DNA of 38,468 nucleotides, from the NCBI GenBank assembly GCA_004297315.1, contig SCTU01000244.1, forward strand, positions 1-38,468, given 5' to 3'. Source of the DNA: Dehalococcoidia bacterium (lineage in GTDB: Bacteria; Chloroflexota; Dehalococcoidia; UBA2979). Below are positions 15,317 to 23,811 of the stretch, piece by piece; the first letter of the stretch is position 1; the number at the start of each line of letters is the position of its first letter. Made by a program: the position numbers and the translations under genes. The notes under the pieces were generated by a model that did not search any database, had not been told where the DNA came from, and saw only the letters and a program-made list of their open reading frames with translations.

Positions 15317-15553
15317 CTAGGCGGCCTTGACGCGAGACTCGTCGATCTTGTGCTCGCCGAGCTTGTCTTTCGTGAAGATGAGGCGGACATCGCCGCCGGC
15401 ATAGCCGGAGGCGCAGCAGTCAGTCTCCAGCCAGTAATCCGGTTGGCCCATCGCGTTTACTTTGAAGTAGCCGCCGCGGACCTCTTTGACCTGGCCGATC
15501 TTGTCGTTGTCGGCCGTGTAGACGTCAGTGCCTGGTAAGATGTTGCTCATCAT
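15317..15553 (-). CDS. Small PRC-barrel/DUF2171-like protein (78 aa)
   Basis: GTDVYTADNDKIGQVKEVRGGYFKVN...DYWL resembles the short D.vG.V..v....fkV... barrel proteins often found next to CsbD-type stress genes. The assignment is by resemblance only. Confidence 0.5.
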   Translation of the reverse strand: MMSNILPGTDVYTADNDKIGQVKEVRGGYFKVNAMGQPDYWLETDCCASGYAGGDVRLIFTKDKLGEHKIDESRVKAA

Positions 15554-15586
15554 CGATCCCCTTCGTCACGCGCTCACGTCGTTAGG

Positions 15587-15736
15587 TCAGTACCAACCCC
15601 GGCCTCGGCTGCCGATGCCGGCGATCGCCGAGACGAGCAGTACCACCAGCAAGACCACGAGCAGGTTGGATGTTAGTGCCCACGCTCCGCCTCCGAAGAG
15701 GAGGAGGAGCAGCAGGACGAGTAGTAGTAGACCCAT
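15587..15736 (-). CDS. Unannotated 49-aa hydrophobic peptide (two predicted TM helices), absent from the ORF track
   Basis: The minus-strand ATG at 15734-15736 runs to a TGA at 15587-15589. I hand-translated it as MGLLLLVLLLLLLFGGGAWALTSNLLVVLLVVLLVSAIAGIGSRGRGWY. It sits between two small stress-type genes and resembles DUF3309-style peptides. Confidence 0.45.
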   Translation of the reverse strand: MGLLLLVLLLLLLFGGGAWALTSNLLVVLLVVLLVSAIAGIGSRGRGWY

Positions 15737-15768
15737 ACCCTTCTCCGTTCTTCCTGCGCTATCCGCGC

Positions 15769-16005
15769 CTAACTGGCCCGACGCGCCCGGTAGTCGTCGT
15801 CTTCGATGGTGGTTGCCCAGTCGTCGACCTCACGGTCGATCTCATCTTTGGCGCGCCCGTAGTGCTTCTGGAGCGCCCCGACGAGCTGATCCTTCTTGCC
15901 GCCGATCTGGTCGATCTCGCCGTCAGTGAGGTCGCCCCACTTCTCGCGGACCTTGCCTTTGAGTTGTGTCCAGTTGCCTTCTATTCGGTCCCAATTCATG
16001 TGCAC
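15769..16005 (-). CDS. CsbD-family general stress protein
   Basis: MNWDRIEGNWTQLKGKVREKWGDLTDGEIDQIGGKKDQLVGALQKHYG is the canonical CsbD signature. Confidence 0.9.
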   Translation of the reverse strand: MHMNWDRIEGNWTQLKGKVREKWGDLTDGEIDQIGGKKDQLVGALQKHYGRAKDEIDREVDDWATTIEDDDYRARRAS

Positions 16006-16055
16006 CGTCCTTCCCTCCCGGGCTCTACGTCAGTGACGCAGAGCCCGGACCGGGG

Positions 16056-16268
16056 CTAGTTGACGTGTACGTCTTCGTGGACGTCGTGGTGCCCGAACGG
16101 CGCGAAGCTCGTCCAGAACAGCATCGAGAGCAATGCTCCGACGACGCCGACGATGAGCAGGATGATGCCCACCGTGTAGAGGCTCACGCCCGACACGTCC
16201 ACATTGACCGCAAACGCCAGGATGGCGCCCACCGCAATGAGGAACAGGCTGAATCCGAGTGCTGGCAT
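16056..16268 (-). CDS. Small two-TM membrane protein (DUF6458-like), 70 aa
   Basis: Only the last 70 codons of track ORF 16056..16964 are credible. The ATG at 16266-16268 has AGGAGG at 6-nt spacing. The product is MPALGFSLFLIAVGAILAFAVNVDVSGVSLYTVGIILLIVGVVGALLSMLFW..., with a His-rich tail HHDVHEDVHVN. Confidence 0.65.
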   Translation of the reverse strand: MPALGFSLFLIAVGAILAFAVNVDVSGVSLYTVGIILLIVGVVGALLSMLFWTSFAPFGHHDVHEDVHVN

Positions 16269-16485
16269 CTCGTCCTCCTTTCGACCGCCTTTAGGATGCG
16301 ATGGAGGAAGGCCGGTTGAAGTAACGACAAGGTGTCTTCGCGTCGCAAGGTTGTGGTGGAACGGCCTGGTACGGACAAAACAAGCCAATCTGCGATAAAG
16401 CTGACACGCCAACGGATCCGCTGTTCGCAGGTCTGCAAGAAGCCTTGAGCCAGAGGGTGGCGGACGGTACGGAAGGAGACCGACC

Positions 16486-17031
16486 TTGCGACTCTTCGTC
16501 GCCCTCGAGGTCCCCGAGCCCTGGCGCGAGGCCGCCCGCGCGGCCGTCGAGGCGCTGCCGGTCGAGGTACGCACGTGGCTGCGGCCCGAGCGGCCGGAGC
16601 GGCTGCACGTCACGCTGTGGTTCATCGGCGAGTACCCGGAGGCGGGCGTGGCGAGGCTTCGGACGGTGCTCGACGAGTACGTCGGCAGTGTCGACCTCGT
16701 GATGGAGTTGCGGGCGGCGGGCACGTTCGGGGGCTCCGTGGTGTGGCTCGGCGTACAGAGCGAGGACCTCGACGGCCTCGTTGGGAGGGTGGAGCAGGCA
16801 ATGGCGACGGCGGGTGTGGCGCCGCGGGACGAGGCGTTCACCGGCCACATGACGATTGCCCGCGCGCGTCGCAGGCTCGACGCGCGGCAGCGTCGGGAAC
16901 TCGCCGCGGCGTTGCGTTCGCTGCCCGCGCCGCCTCGATCCCCCGTGCGTGTGCGTTCCGCCACCCTGTTCGAGTCGACGCAGGAGCGCGGGGTGTCGAT
17001 CTATCGCGCGCTGCACCGGACGGGCAGTTAG
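16486..17031 (+). CDS. thpR: RNA 2',3'-cyclic phosphodiesterase (2H phosphoesterase, LigT/ThpR)
   Basis: The N-terminus is MRLFVALEVP. Two HxT motifs are present (LHVTLWF and GHMTIAR). The start is TTG, preceded by GGAGA. Confidence 0.85.
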   Translation: MRLFVALEVPEPWREAARAAVEALPVEVRTWLRPERPERLHVTLWFIGEYPEAGVARLRTVLDEYVGSVDLVMELRAAGTFGGSVVWLGVQSEDLDGLVGRVEQAMATAGVAPRDEAFTGHMTIARARRRLDARQRRELAAALRSLPAPPRSPVRVRSATLFESTQERGVSIYRALHRTGS

Positions 17032-17215
17032 CCGGTGACCTTCCTCTACCTACGCACCTTCGTCATTCCTCACACGCAATGATGGCGGATCATCTTGAAC
17101 AGGGATCGTAGCCTCGTAAGTACCGGGGACGGAGGCGTCGACCGTGAGTGATGGTGGCTCGCAGGCCGGCGCGGGGGGCGACGTCCGAGCATCAACTCCA
17201 GAGGGAGCATGCCCC

Positions 17216-17425
17216 ATGTCCGAATCGGGCGACCTTCACATTTTCCACGTACTGCTCGGGATGAGCCTCTACCACGACCTGGGGGGGCCGCTCTCGGTGC
17301 ACACCGACGACCAGGACGGGCAGGCACAGGTCACGTTCACCATCGGTGACCCGTCGCGGCTGAGTTCGATCATCGCGGACGTGATCGCGGCCACGCCTGA
17401 CCGCCCCTGGACGCTCAACCTCTGA
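17216..17425 (+). CDS. Hypothetical small protein (69 aa)
   Basis: Third-position GC is high across the ORF. The ATG at 17216 has GGGAG upstream. No family is recognised. The track's longer version starts at 17144. Confidence 0.4.
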   Translation: MSESGDLHIFHVLLGMSLYHDLGGPLSVHTDDQDGQAQVTFTIGDPSRLSSIIADVIAATPDRPWTLNL

Positions 17426-17516
17426 GTCGCGGGCGCACTCACCGAGGAACGTGGACCGTCGTCGAGGGCGTGCCCGGACCGCCGGGAAACGCCTCGATGT
17501 GTCGTACGCTGGATCC

Positions 17517-18389
17517 ATGCTGCGTTGCGCTCGCCGGGCGTTTCTCGCCCTCCCCGCCCTCCTCGTCACGCTGACCATCGCCTGCACCGCAGGCGGCTCC
17601 AGCGGGACGTCCACGCCCGCCGCCACCACCTCGACCGAGCCATCGAGGACCTCGAGCGCTGCCACTCCGGCGATCGAGGTGCCCACGACGACGACCGCCG
17701 CCACGACCGCAAGCCCGACCGCGACGGCTACCGCTGTCACGCCCACACCGAAGGCGACCGCGGCGCCCACACCTCAACCCACGCCTCCGCTCATCCCCCA
17801 ACCGGGACAGGCGAGTATCCGCGCGAGCCGGCTCGCGATCCCCGCGCTCGGGATCGACGCGGTCGTGCAGGCGAGCCAGGTGGTCCTCGACACCTCGCCG
17901 ACGACGCCGGGCTGCCCTCCGACGCCACCGGGACAGGAGACGTTCACGGTGCCGGAACAGGGCATCGCGACGCCGGTCGCGGCGATCGAGGGGCTGGAGA
18001 ACAAGGCGTGGATTTTCGGCCACAGCCGGTGGCTGGGCGCGCCGGGCGTCTTCTACCGCCTGCAGGACATCAACGTGGGGGATGAGGTGTTCATCGACGG
18101 GGTCGACCGCACGACCGGAGAACGCCTCGCCGGTCGGCGCTTCGTCGTGGACGGGCTCTATCTCGCGGACATCGAGTCAGGCGGGAGGCTGGTGACCGCG
18201 GGGAGCGCAGCGGAGACACCGGCGAAGCCCGTCGTGATCCTCCAGACGAGCGTGCGCGAGGACGGCGCGGGCAAGCAGTGGATCCTCGACCGGCAGACCG
18301 TCATCGCGAAGTCCCGCAACCTCGTCGAGGGCGACCTCAATGACCCGTGCAAGTACCTTCTGCTCTTCGTCTTCGCGAAGGCCTCGTAA
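17517..18389 (+). CDS. Sortase-fold (class E/F-like) lipoprotein with Ser at the canonical Cys position
   Basis: The lipobox is LTIACTAG, followed by a long Thr/Pro/Ala linker. The sortase-like order of motifs is LAIPALGIDAVV, IFGHS...GVFYRLQDINVGDEVFI, RRFVVDGLYLADIE and PVVILQTSV (the L.TC position), then ILDRQTVIAKS. Confidence 0.55.
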   Translation: MLRCARRAFLALPALLVTLTIACTAGGSSGTSTPAATTSTEPSRTSSAATPAIEVPTTTTAATTASPTATATAVTPTPKATAAPTPQPTPPLIPQPGQASIRASRLAIPALGIDAVVQASQVVLDTSPTTPGCPPTPPGQETFTVPEQGIATPVAAIEGLENKAWIFGHSRWLGAPGVFYRLQDINVGDEVFIDGVDRTTGERLAGRRFVVDGLYLADIESGGRLVTAGSAAETPAKPVVILQTSVREDGAGKQWILDRQTVIAKSRNLVEGDLNDPCKYLLLFVFAKAS

Positions 18390-18416
18390 CACGCAGGCAG
18401 TGTGCCTTGCGCTCGA

Positions 18417-19295
18417 CTACTTCGAAGCCTGTATCGACTCCAGGGGGAGGCGCACCGTGATCACGCAGCCCTGCCCCTCGATGCTCTCCACCCCGATGGC
18501 TCCGTGATGTGCCTCGGCAATCCGCAACGCCCCGCTCAGGCCAAGGCCAGTGCCCGGGATATCTGAGACGTTCTCAGCGCGATAGAAGCGGTTAAAGACG
18601 AACGGGAGCGCCGCGGCCGGGACTCCGATCCCTTCGTCGCGGACGGCGATGACCGCCCAACGGATATCCTGCTCAGCCTCGACGTGCAGCGAGGCGGTGA
18701 TCGTCCCGCCGTGCGGGCTGTACTTGATCGCGTTCCGCAGGATGTTGTCGAAGGCGTGCAGCAGCAGGCCGCGCTCGCCCAGCCCGACCAGCGCAGCCTC
18801 TTCCTTCACAACCACGAAGCGGTGCTGCACTGCGACCTGGCGGCAGTCTGCGATCGCCTCCTCGATGACCTCGGCAAAGTCGAGCGGGGAGAACTCCAGC
18901 GCCGGCACGGGCCGGGAGCGATCCGCGACCTCGAGGAATGCCGCGATCTCGCCGACGGCACGCGTGACCGCCTCGTCAGCGGCATGCATGTCCGCGGCCA
19001 GCCGTCCGAGCTCGATTGGACGGCCGCGGTCGATCCCTCGCAGGATGCGCTGCGAGAGCGCCTTCAGCACCGTCAGTGGGTTCAGCAGGTCATGCGCGAG
19101 TTGATCGATCTGCTCCTGCCGGAGCAGCACTGCGCGCTCCGCGCCGGACGGACCGGGCAACGCGATCGGGAATTGCTCGACCGCGGGGCCGCCCGCAGCC
19201 TCACCCAGGAGTATCGCGGCAACCTCTTGGTGCGGGCCGGACCGAGTGGATTGTTCGGTTGCCACGTTCGTGACTCCTTTCGGCACACGAACCAT
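18417..19295 (-). CDS. Soluble histidine kinase (HisKA + HATPase_c, no TM, no adjacent receiver)
   Basis: The H-box is IDQLAHDLLNPLTVL. The ATPase motifs are NILRNAIKYSP (N box), VRDEGIGVP (G1), FNRFYR (F) and GTGLGLS (G2). Confidence 0.85.
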   Translation of the reverse strand: MVRVPKGVTNVATEQSTRSGPHQEVAAILLGEAAGGPAVEQFPIALPGPSGAERAVLLRQEQIDQLAHDLLNPLTVLKALSQRILRGIDRGRPIELGRLAADMHAADEAVTRAVGEIAAFLEVADRSRPVPALEFSPLDFAEVIEEAIADCRQVAVQHRFVVVKEEAALVGLGERGLLLHAFDNILRNAIKYSPHGGTITASLHVEAEQDIRWAVIAVRDEGIGVPAAALPFVFNRFYRAENVSDIPGTGLGLSGALRIAEAHHGAIGVESIEGQGCVITVRLPLESIQASK

Positions 19296-19454
19296 AATGA
19301 ACTGGCAATCGTCACACGCGCGTCACACGTACACCCGCCCCGGGATGGATTTGCGATATCCGGCGTCAGAAGACTGAAGTCTGACGATGTTGTAAGCCCG
19401 CCGTCGGGCGGTGTTGGGTGCGGTGCTCCGCCCCAGGCGTCTCTCCGTCAGGAT

Positions 19455-20510
19455 CTAGAGCGTGCGGCGCAACTCGACGACGACACCTTTGATCTCGACA
19501 TCCAGAAGGGCGACTTCTTCATCGGCGTTGTCACTCCGCAACACGAGCTTGCCCTCTCGCGTCGCCAGACGTTTCACGATCCACGAGGAATTGTGCACGG
19601 CGACGACAATGCGGCCAGCCTCCAGTTCGACATCCTGGCTCACCATGAGCTTGTCCCCGTGGCGGATCGACGGCTCCATGCTGATCCCCAGGGCGGCGAC
19701 CTCGAACGCGCGCGTGTCTTCCCCGGCGACCGCCGTCTGAGCCTGGCGGATCACCGACGACCTGTCGGGGAGCCTGGTCGTGGGGGTCGTGACGATCGCC
19801 TGCAACTCCGCCGTCGGCTCCTCATGCATCTCCGCGCGCAATGCAGCACGGAACCGCTCAAACGTCGAACGTGCGGCGGTGTAGTCGCCCTGAGCCTGCT
19901 GCACGCGGATGAGCGCCGCATGGCCCGACTCGCGGAACGGCTCAGCGGCGATCACCAGGCCAGCCGCCTGCGCAGCGGTGGCAAACCGGCCCACGGATGT
20001 CAACTTTTCCGCCAGCGCCTCGAGCGCACGCAGGCGGAGTTCATGCCACCGAGCAGCCTCGTCCGCGGCCCAGTCGTCGTACCAATCGGGCAGCAATTCG
20101 GAGGAGAGCGCCGCGATGGCCGCCTGGCTGAGGTCGGAATCCCCCGAGTCGACATCCACGATGAGCAGACGGTTCGCCAGCGCGCGCGAGTCTCGTAGGT
20201 CCAGTTCGACGCCCTCCGCGAGGCTGAGGTCGAGCACGTTCACGCGCAGAGCGTTGCGGGTCGCCTCATCGAGTCGCGAGAGCAGCGTCCGCAGGCTTGC
20301 CCGAGCATGTGCTTCGGGCGCTTCGGGCCACAGCGTCCCGGCCACGACCGACCGCGGCACCGTCCGATCTCGGACGCCCAGGAACGCGACCAGCCGCTGC
20401 GAACTCCCCTGCAACGCCAGCGGGATCGCATCCGCAGTCAGTTCGAACGCACCAAGCAGGGACAATCGAAACTCCTCAGCCGTCCCTGAAGGTGACCGCG
20501 GGATGTACAT
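19455..20510 (-). CDS. SARP-type winged-helix + BTAD regulator fused to a C-terminal S24 (LexA/UmuD-like) peptidase domain
   Basis: The N-terminus FRLSLLGAFELTADAIPLALQGSSQRLVAFLGVRDRTVPRSVVAGTLWPE...LRTLLSRL is a SARP DNA-binding domain. The middle region LPDWYDDWAADEAARWHELRLRALEAL...AEPFRESGHAALIRVQQAQGDYTAARSTFERFRAALRAEMHEEP is a BTAD. The C-terminus GISMEPSIRHGDKLMV...GRIVVAV...WIVKRL...LVLRSDN...IKGVVVE carries the S24 Ser (SMEP) and Lys (VKRL) motifs. The ATG at 20508-20510 was chosen. Confidence 0.7.
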   Translation of the reverse strand: MYIPRSPSGTAEEFRLSLLGAFELTADAIPLALQGSSQRLVAFLGVRDRTVPRSVVAGTLWPEAPEAHARASLRTLLSRLDEATRNALRVNVLDLSLAEGVELDLRDSRALANRLLIVDVDSGDSDLSQAAIAALSSELLPDWYDDWAADEAARWHELRLRALEALAEKLTSVGRFATAAQAAGLVIAAEPFRESGHAALIRVQQAQGDYTAARSTFERFRAALRAEMHEEPTAELQAIVTTPTTRLPDRSSVIRQAQTAVAGEDTRAFEVAALGISMEPSIRHGDKLMVSQDVELEAGRIVVAVHNSSWIVKRLATREGKLVLRSDNADEEVALLDVEIKGVVVELRRTL

Positions 20511-20693
20511 CGACCGCTCTGGGCGGGGGCTTCCGGCAGGAGATGGGGCCAAGCGTTCCTCAGTACTCTGACGCCTCGCGGCCTCCACATTCGACGCTGC
20601 GGCCTGCGCAGAGGGGGCCAGGACACGTGGGCATTGTACGCGACGGAGCGGTCGAGGCCGAGGCGAGGGGTACGGCAGAATACACTCGACTGC

Positions 20694-20894
20694 ATGGACC
20701 AAGCACGCGTGCGCTGGTGGTCGGTGGCCGCGGGGGTGCTCCTCGCACTCACGGGCAGCGTGTGGGCGCTGCAGGGTGTGGGCGTGCTCGGCGGCAGCAC
20801 AATGAGTGGTAACTCAACGTGGACCGTGATCGGCATCGCCGTCGCAGTCGCGGGCGCCCTGCTCGCCTGGCGTGGGGCCGCGCGCGGGCGATGA
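20694..20894 (+). CDS. Small two-TM membrane protein (66 aa)
   Basis: The product is MDQARVRWWSVAAGVLLALTGSVWALQGVGVLGG...WTVIGIAVAVAGALLAW. The stop overlaps the next start (ATGA at 20891-20894). Confidence 0.5.
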   Translation: MDQARVRWWSVAAGVLLALTGSVWALQGVGVLGGSTMSGNSTWTVIGIAVAVAGALLAWRGAARGR

Positions 20895-21262
20895 GGGCTG
20901 CGGCTCGCCTCGCCCTGCTCGCCGGCGCGGCCCTCGCGCCACTGGCAGCGTGCGGCGGGACGGCGTCAGCGCCTGACGCATCGTCTACCACGCACCGGCT
21001 CACACCCGACGAGGTGACACGACGGTTCACGGAGTGGGCCTGCCCGGGACGCCCGGAACTCGCGACTCCGCTGACGCGTCTCACGCCGCTCGCCGTCGAC
21101 CCGGAGTCGCAGCCGCTTTCGCAGGGCGGCAGGTGGATCGTGTTCACCTCGGCGGGGTCGGTCGGATACCGCGAGTCGACCGGCGCGTTCGAGCCCTCCG
21201 AGCCGGCGGCTGCCTCGGTCCGCGCGCTCCAGGACAGCGCCGAGTGCCGGACTGCTCGCTAG
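20891..21262 (+). CDS. Hypothetical lipoprotein (123 aa)
   Basis: MRAAARLALLAGAALAPLAACGG is a signal peptide with a lipobox. The gene is translationally coupled to the preceding small membrane protein. No family is recognised. Confidence 0.55.
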   Translation: MRAAARLALLAGAALAPLAACGGTASAPDASSTTHRLTPDEVTRRFTEWACPGRPELATPLTRLTPLAVDPESQPLSQGGRWIVFTSAGSVGYRESTGAFEPSEPAAASVRALQDSAECRTAR

Positions 21263-21771
21263 CGCGCGGCTGTGGTGGCCTCGCGGATGGCGTCGCGGAG
21301 GAAGCGCAGGGCGTGCGTCGTGAACTCGACCATGTTGGCGCCACGGTCGGAGAGGCCGGTCTCAACGGTGGTCGTGCGCGACACGGGGCCGGCGACGCCG
21401 ATGGTGGTGCGCCCGGCCTGCGCGACGCGAGCACTGGGCGGCCCAGCGATGCCTGACTCGGAGACGCACCAGGTGGTCCCGAGCCGCTCGCGCATCGACT
21501 CGGCGAGCGAAGCGATAATCTCGGTGGTGGTGCCTCGATAGTTCGCGTACTGCTCGGGGGACACGCCGGCGAGGCCCGTACGCGACTTGAGCGTGTACAC
21601 CACGCCTCCGCCGACGTAGTACTTCGACGCCCCCGCGACCCAGAGCAGCGCCGCCGAGACCAACCCGCCGGTCGTCGCCTCCGCGACCGAGACCGTTTCG
21701 CCACGCTCGGTGAGCAACGCCGCGATCTCCTGCGCGATGCTCTCCTGTTCGGTGTTGAGGAACCCGACCAT
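21259..21771 (-). CDS. CinA C-terminal domain protein (PncC-like nicotinamide-nucleotide amidohydrolase family)
   Basis: IAQEIAALLTERGETVSVAEATTGGLVSAALL...GGGVVYT matches the CinA_C signature (AES.TGG...). Confidence 0.7.
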   Translation of the reverse strand: MVGFLNTEQESIAQEIAALLTERGETVSVAEATTGGLVSAALLWVAGASKYYVGGGVVYTLKSRTGLAGVSPEQYANYRGTTTEIIASLAESMRERLGTTWCVSESGIAGPPSARVAQAGRTTIGVAGPVSRTTTVETGLSDRGANMVEFTTHALRFLRDAIREATTAAR

Positions 21772-21919
21772 GGTGACGCTCCTTCGCGTGGGGCCGCCTC
21801 GTCCAGTGGTCCGGCCGGCTCGCGCGGAGAATAGCAGAGGACAACGTCACCACCACGGAGACAGGAAGGCGGGGCCATACGGCCCCGCCTTCGTCGAACT
21901 CCGCCTGGGGAGCGCCAGT

Positions 21920-23687
21920 CTAGGCGAGCCAGAGCGTGTCGAACTTCTTGTCGTTGTAAGGCAACACGTGTGCGACGAAGCCCTGCACCTGCTTGTAGGC
22001 CGCGGTCTGGCCCATCGACCAGTAGTACATGGTCTTGCCCAGCGCTGGGAGCGAGACCTTCTGCAGGTCCTTCACGAGCTCCTTGCGCTTCGCCGTGTCA
22101 AGTTCCACGGACTGCTTGAGGTACGCCGCCTCGATCTCCGGGGTGGAGAGCTCCGAGTAGTTGCGCGGCGCGCCCTTGATGTAGAACTCGGCCCAGATCG
22201 CATCCGGGTCGTCCAGTGCCACACCGTGCACCCACGGCAGCAGGTCGAAGTCACGCTTGTTCACCCGGTCGTACGCGGCCGCAGTCTCCGCCGGGTCCTG
22301 CTTGACCTTCCAGCCGAAGGCCTTCTGCAACTGGTCGCCGGTGAATAAGCAGATGTCTTCATAGAAGGCCTGGCGGACGAGCAACGTGACGTTCAGGCCT
22401 TCCTTCACGCCCGCCGCGTCCATCATCTTCTTCGCCTCGGCCACCGCGTTCGGGCCCTGCGGCTCGTAACCGGGAATCTTGCGGATGTCGGCCTCGGGCA
22501 GGGCCCAGTCGCCGCCCGGCAGCAGATAGCCGCCGATCACGGCCTCGCCTTTCGCCACGACCTTGATCGCGTCCTCGCGGATGATCGCGAGGTTCACCGC
22601 TCGACGGACACGTTCGTCGTTCCACGGCGCCTTCGAGGTGTTGTAGTTCAACACTGAGAAGCCCAGCGAGGAGCGGCGGTAATAGTTGGCCTTGTCGCCG
22701 ATCGCCTTCTTCAGCGACTCGGACGAGCCAGCCGACAACCCTGCGATCTGCAACTGGCCCGCCTGCAGCGCGGAGTCACGCGAGGCCTCCTGCGGCATCA
22801 GGTAGATGTCGAGGCCGTCGAGGTAGGGGCGCCCCTTGACGTGGTAGTCCTTGTTGCGCTCCATCGTGATCTTGACGCCGCGCTCGTACTTCATGTCGCG
22901 GTACGGGCCGGTGCCGTTGGCCTTGTTCTTCCAGTTCGAACTTGTCGTTCGCGATGTCCTTCTGGGCGTAGATCGACATCCAGCCCTGGCCCACGATCGG
23001 CAGCATCGAGAGCGGCGACGAGGGCCGGGACATGTTCAGCTTCAGCGTGAGGTCGTCCGGCGTCTCCATGCTCTTGATGACCTTGAGCTGGTCACCGCGC
23101 GGCGGGGTCAGACCCTTTGGCGGTGTGATCTGCCGCTGGAGGGATTCCTTCACGTCGCCGGCGACGAACGGCGTGCCGTCGTGGAACTTCACGCCCGCCT
23201 TCAGCTTGAAGGTGTAGGTGAGGCCGTCCTTCGATACCTCCCAGGACTCGGCGAGCTCCGGGATGATGCTCGTCGGCTTCTCGTCGCCGTCCTTGTAGTC
23301 AAAACTGACCAGCGTGTTGAACATCGGCGCGGAGGGCAGGTTCGCTACCGTCGACGATTGGCCGTGCTGGTCGAAGGACGGCGGGTCACTCGCCTGCGCC
23401 CGCGCGATGCGTCCGCCCTGCTTCGGCTGAGCCGCGGCCTGTGCGGTGGCCGTCCCCCCGGCGGGCGCTCCCCCGGTGCTGGTCGCAGCGGGCTTCTCAG
23501 CGGCCTTATCGCCGCCGCCGCAGCCGAGGAGCGCGGCGCCGGACAGACCAGCCGCCCCGATCGCCGCCCCGCGGAGTGCGCCGCGTCTGGTCAGCCTGTG
23601 TGAAGCCAGTGAAGTCCAATAGTTATCCGCCACCAGCAAGTTCCTCCTTGGTAGACCTGTGGACGCGGATGCCACGAGGTACCACAC
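21920..23687 (-). pseudogene. ABC transporter substrate-binding protein, family 5 (peptide/nickel type), interrupted by a 1-nt frameshift
   Basis: Track ORFs 22776..23687 and 21920..22894 are the N- and C-terminal parts of one SBP_bac_5-type protein in different frames. The N-terminal part carries a Tat-like signal plus lipobox (LTRRGALRGAAIGAAGLSGAALLGCGG). Its reading frame stays sensible through ...SIYAQKDIANDKFE. The other frame then reads NWKNKANGTGPYRDMKYERGVKITMERNKDYHVKGRPYLDGL. The frame junction is at about 22933-22941 (aagttcgaactgg on the minus strand). Confidence 0.8.
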
Positions 23688-23811
23688 CCGTGGTGCGCCT
23701 TACCTCTGGTACGAATATGGGTTGGGGCGGGATCTCCCCGGAGGCCAACTCTCGGTTGTTTCGGAGGAGGCAGTCGTTTGCCAAGCGCTCCGACTCGCCG
23801 TCAGTGGTGCT

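Noticed and set aside
16056-16964. The 302-aa minus-strand ORF, and the overlapping 16291..17016 ORF.
   Set aside because: Only the last 70 codons (16056-16268), which have a strong AGGAGG, look real. The rest is antisense to thpR and is Ser/Arg/Pro-rich.
18684-20198. A 504-aa plus-strand ORF spans the kinase and SARP genes.
   Set aside because: It crosses an intergenic region and two well-supported minus-strand genes, and it has no motifs. It is a GC-driven open frame.
21259-21262. The convergent genes 20891..21262 (plus strand) and 21259..21771 (minus strand) share a palindromic CTAG that supplies both stop codons.
   Set aside because: The overlap is real but is a trivial consequence of the TAG/CTA palindrome, and no functional implication can be supported.
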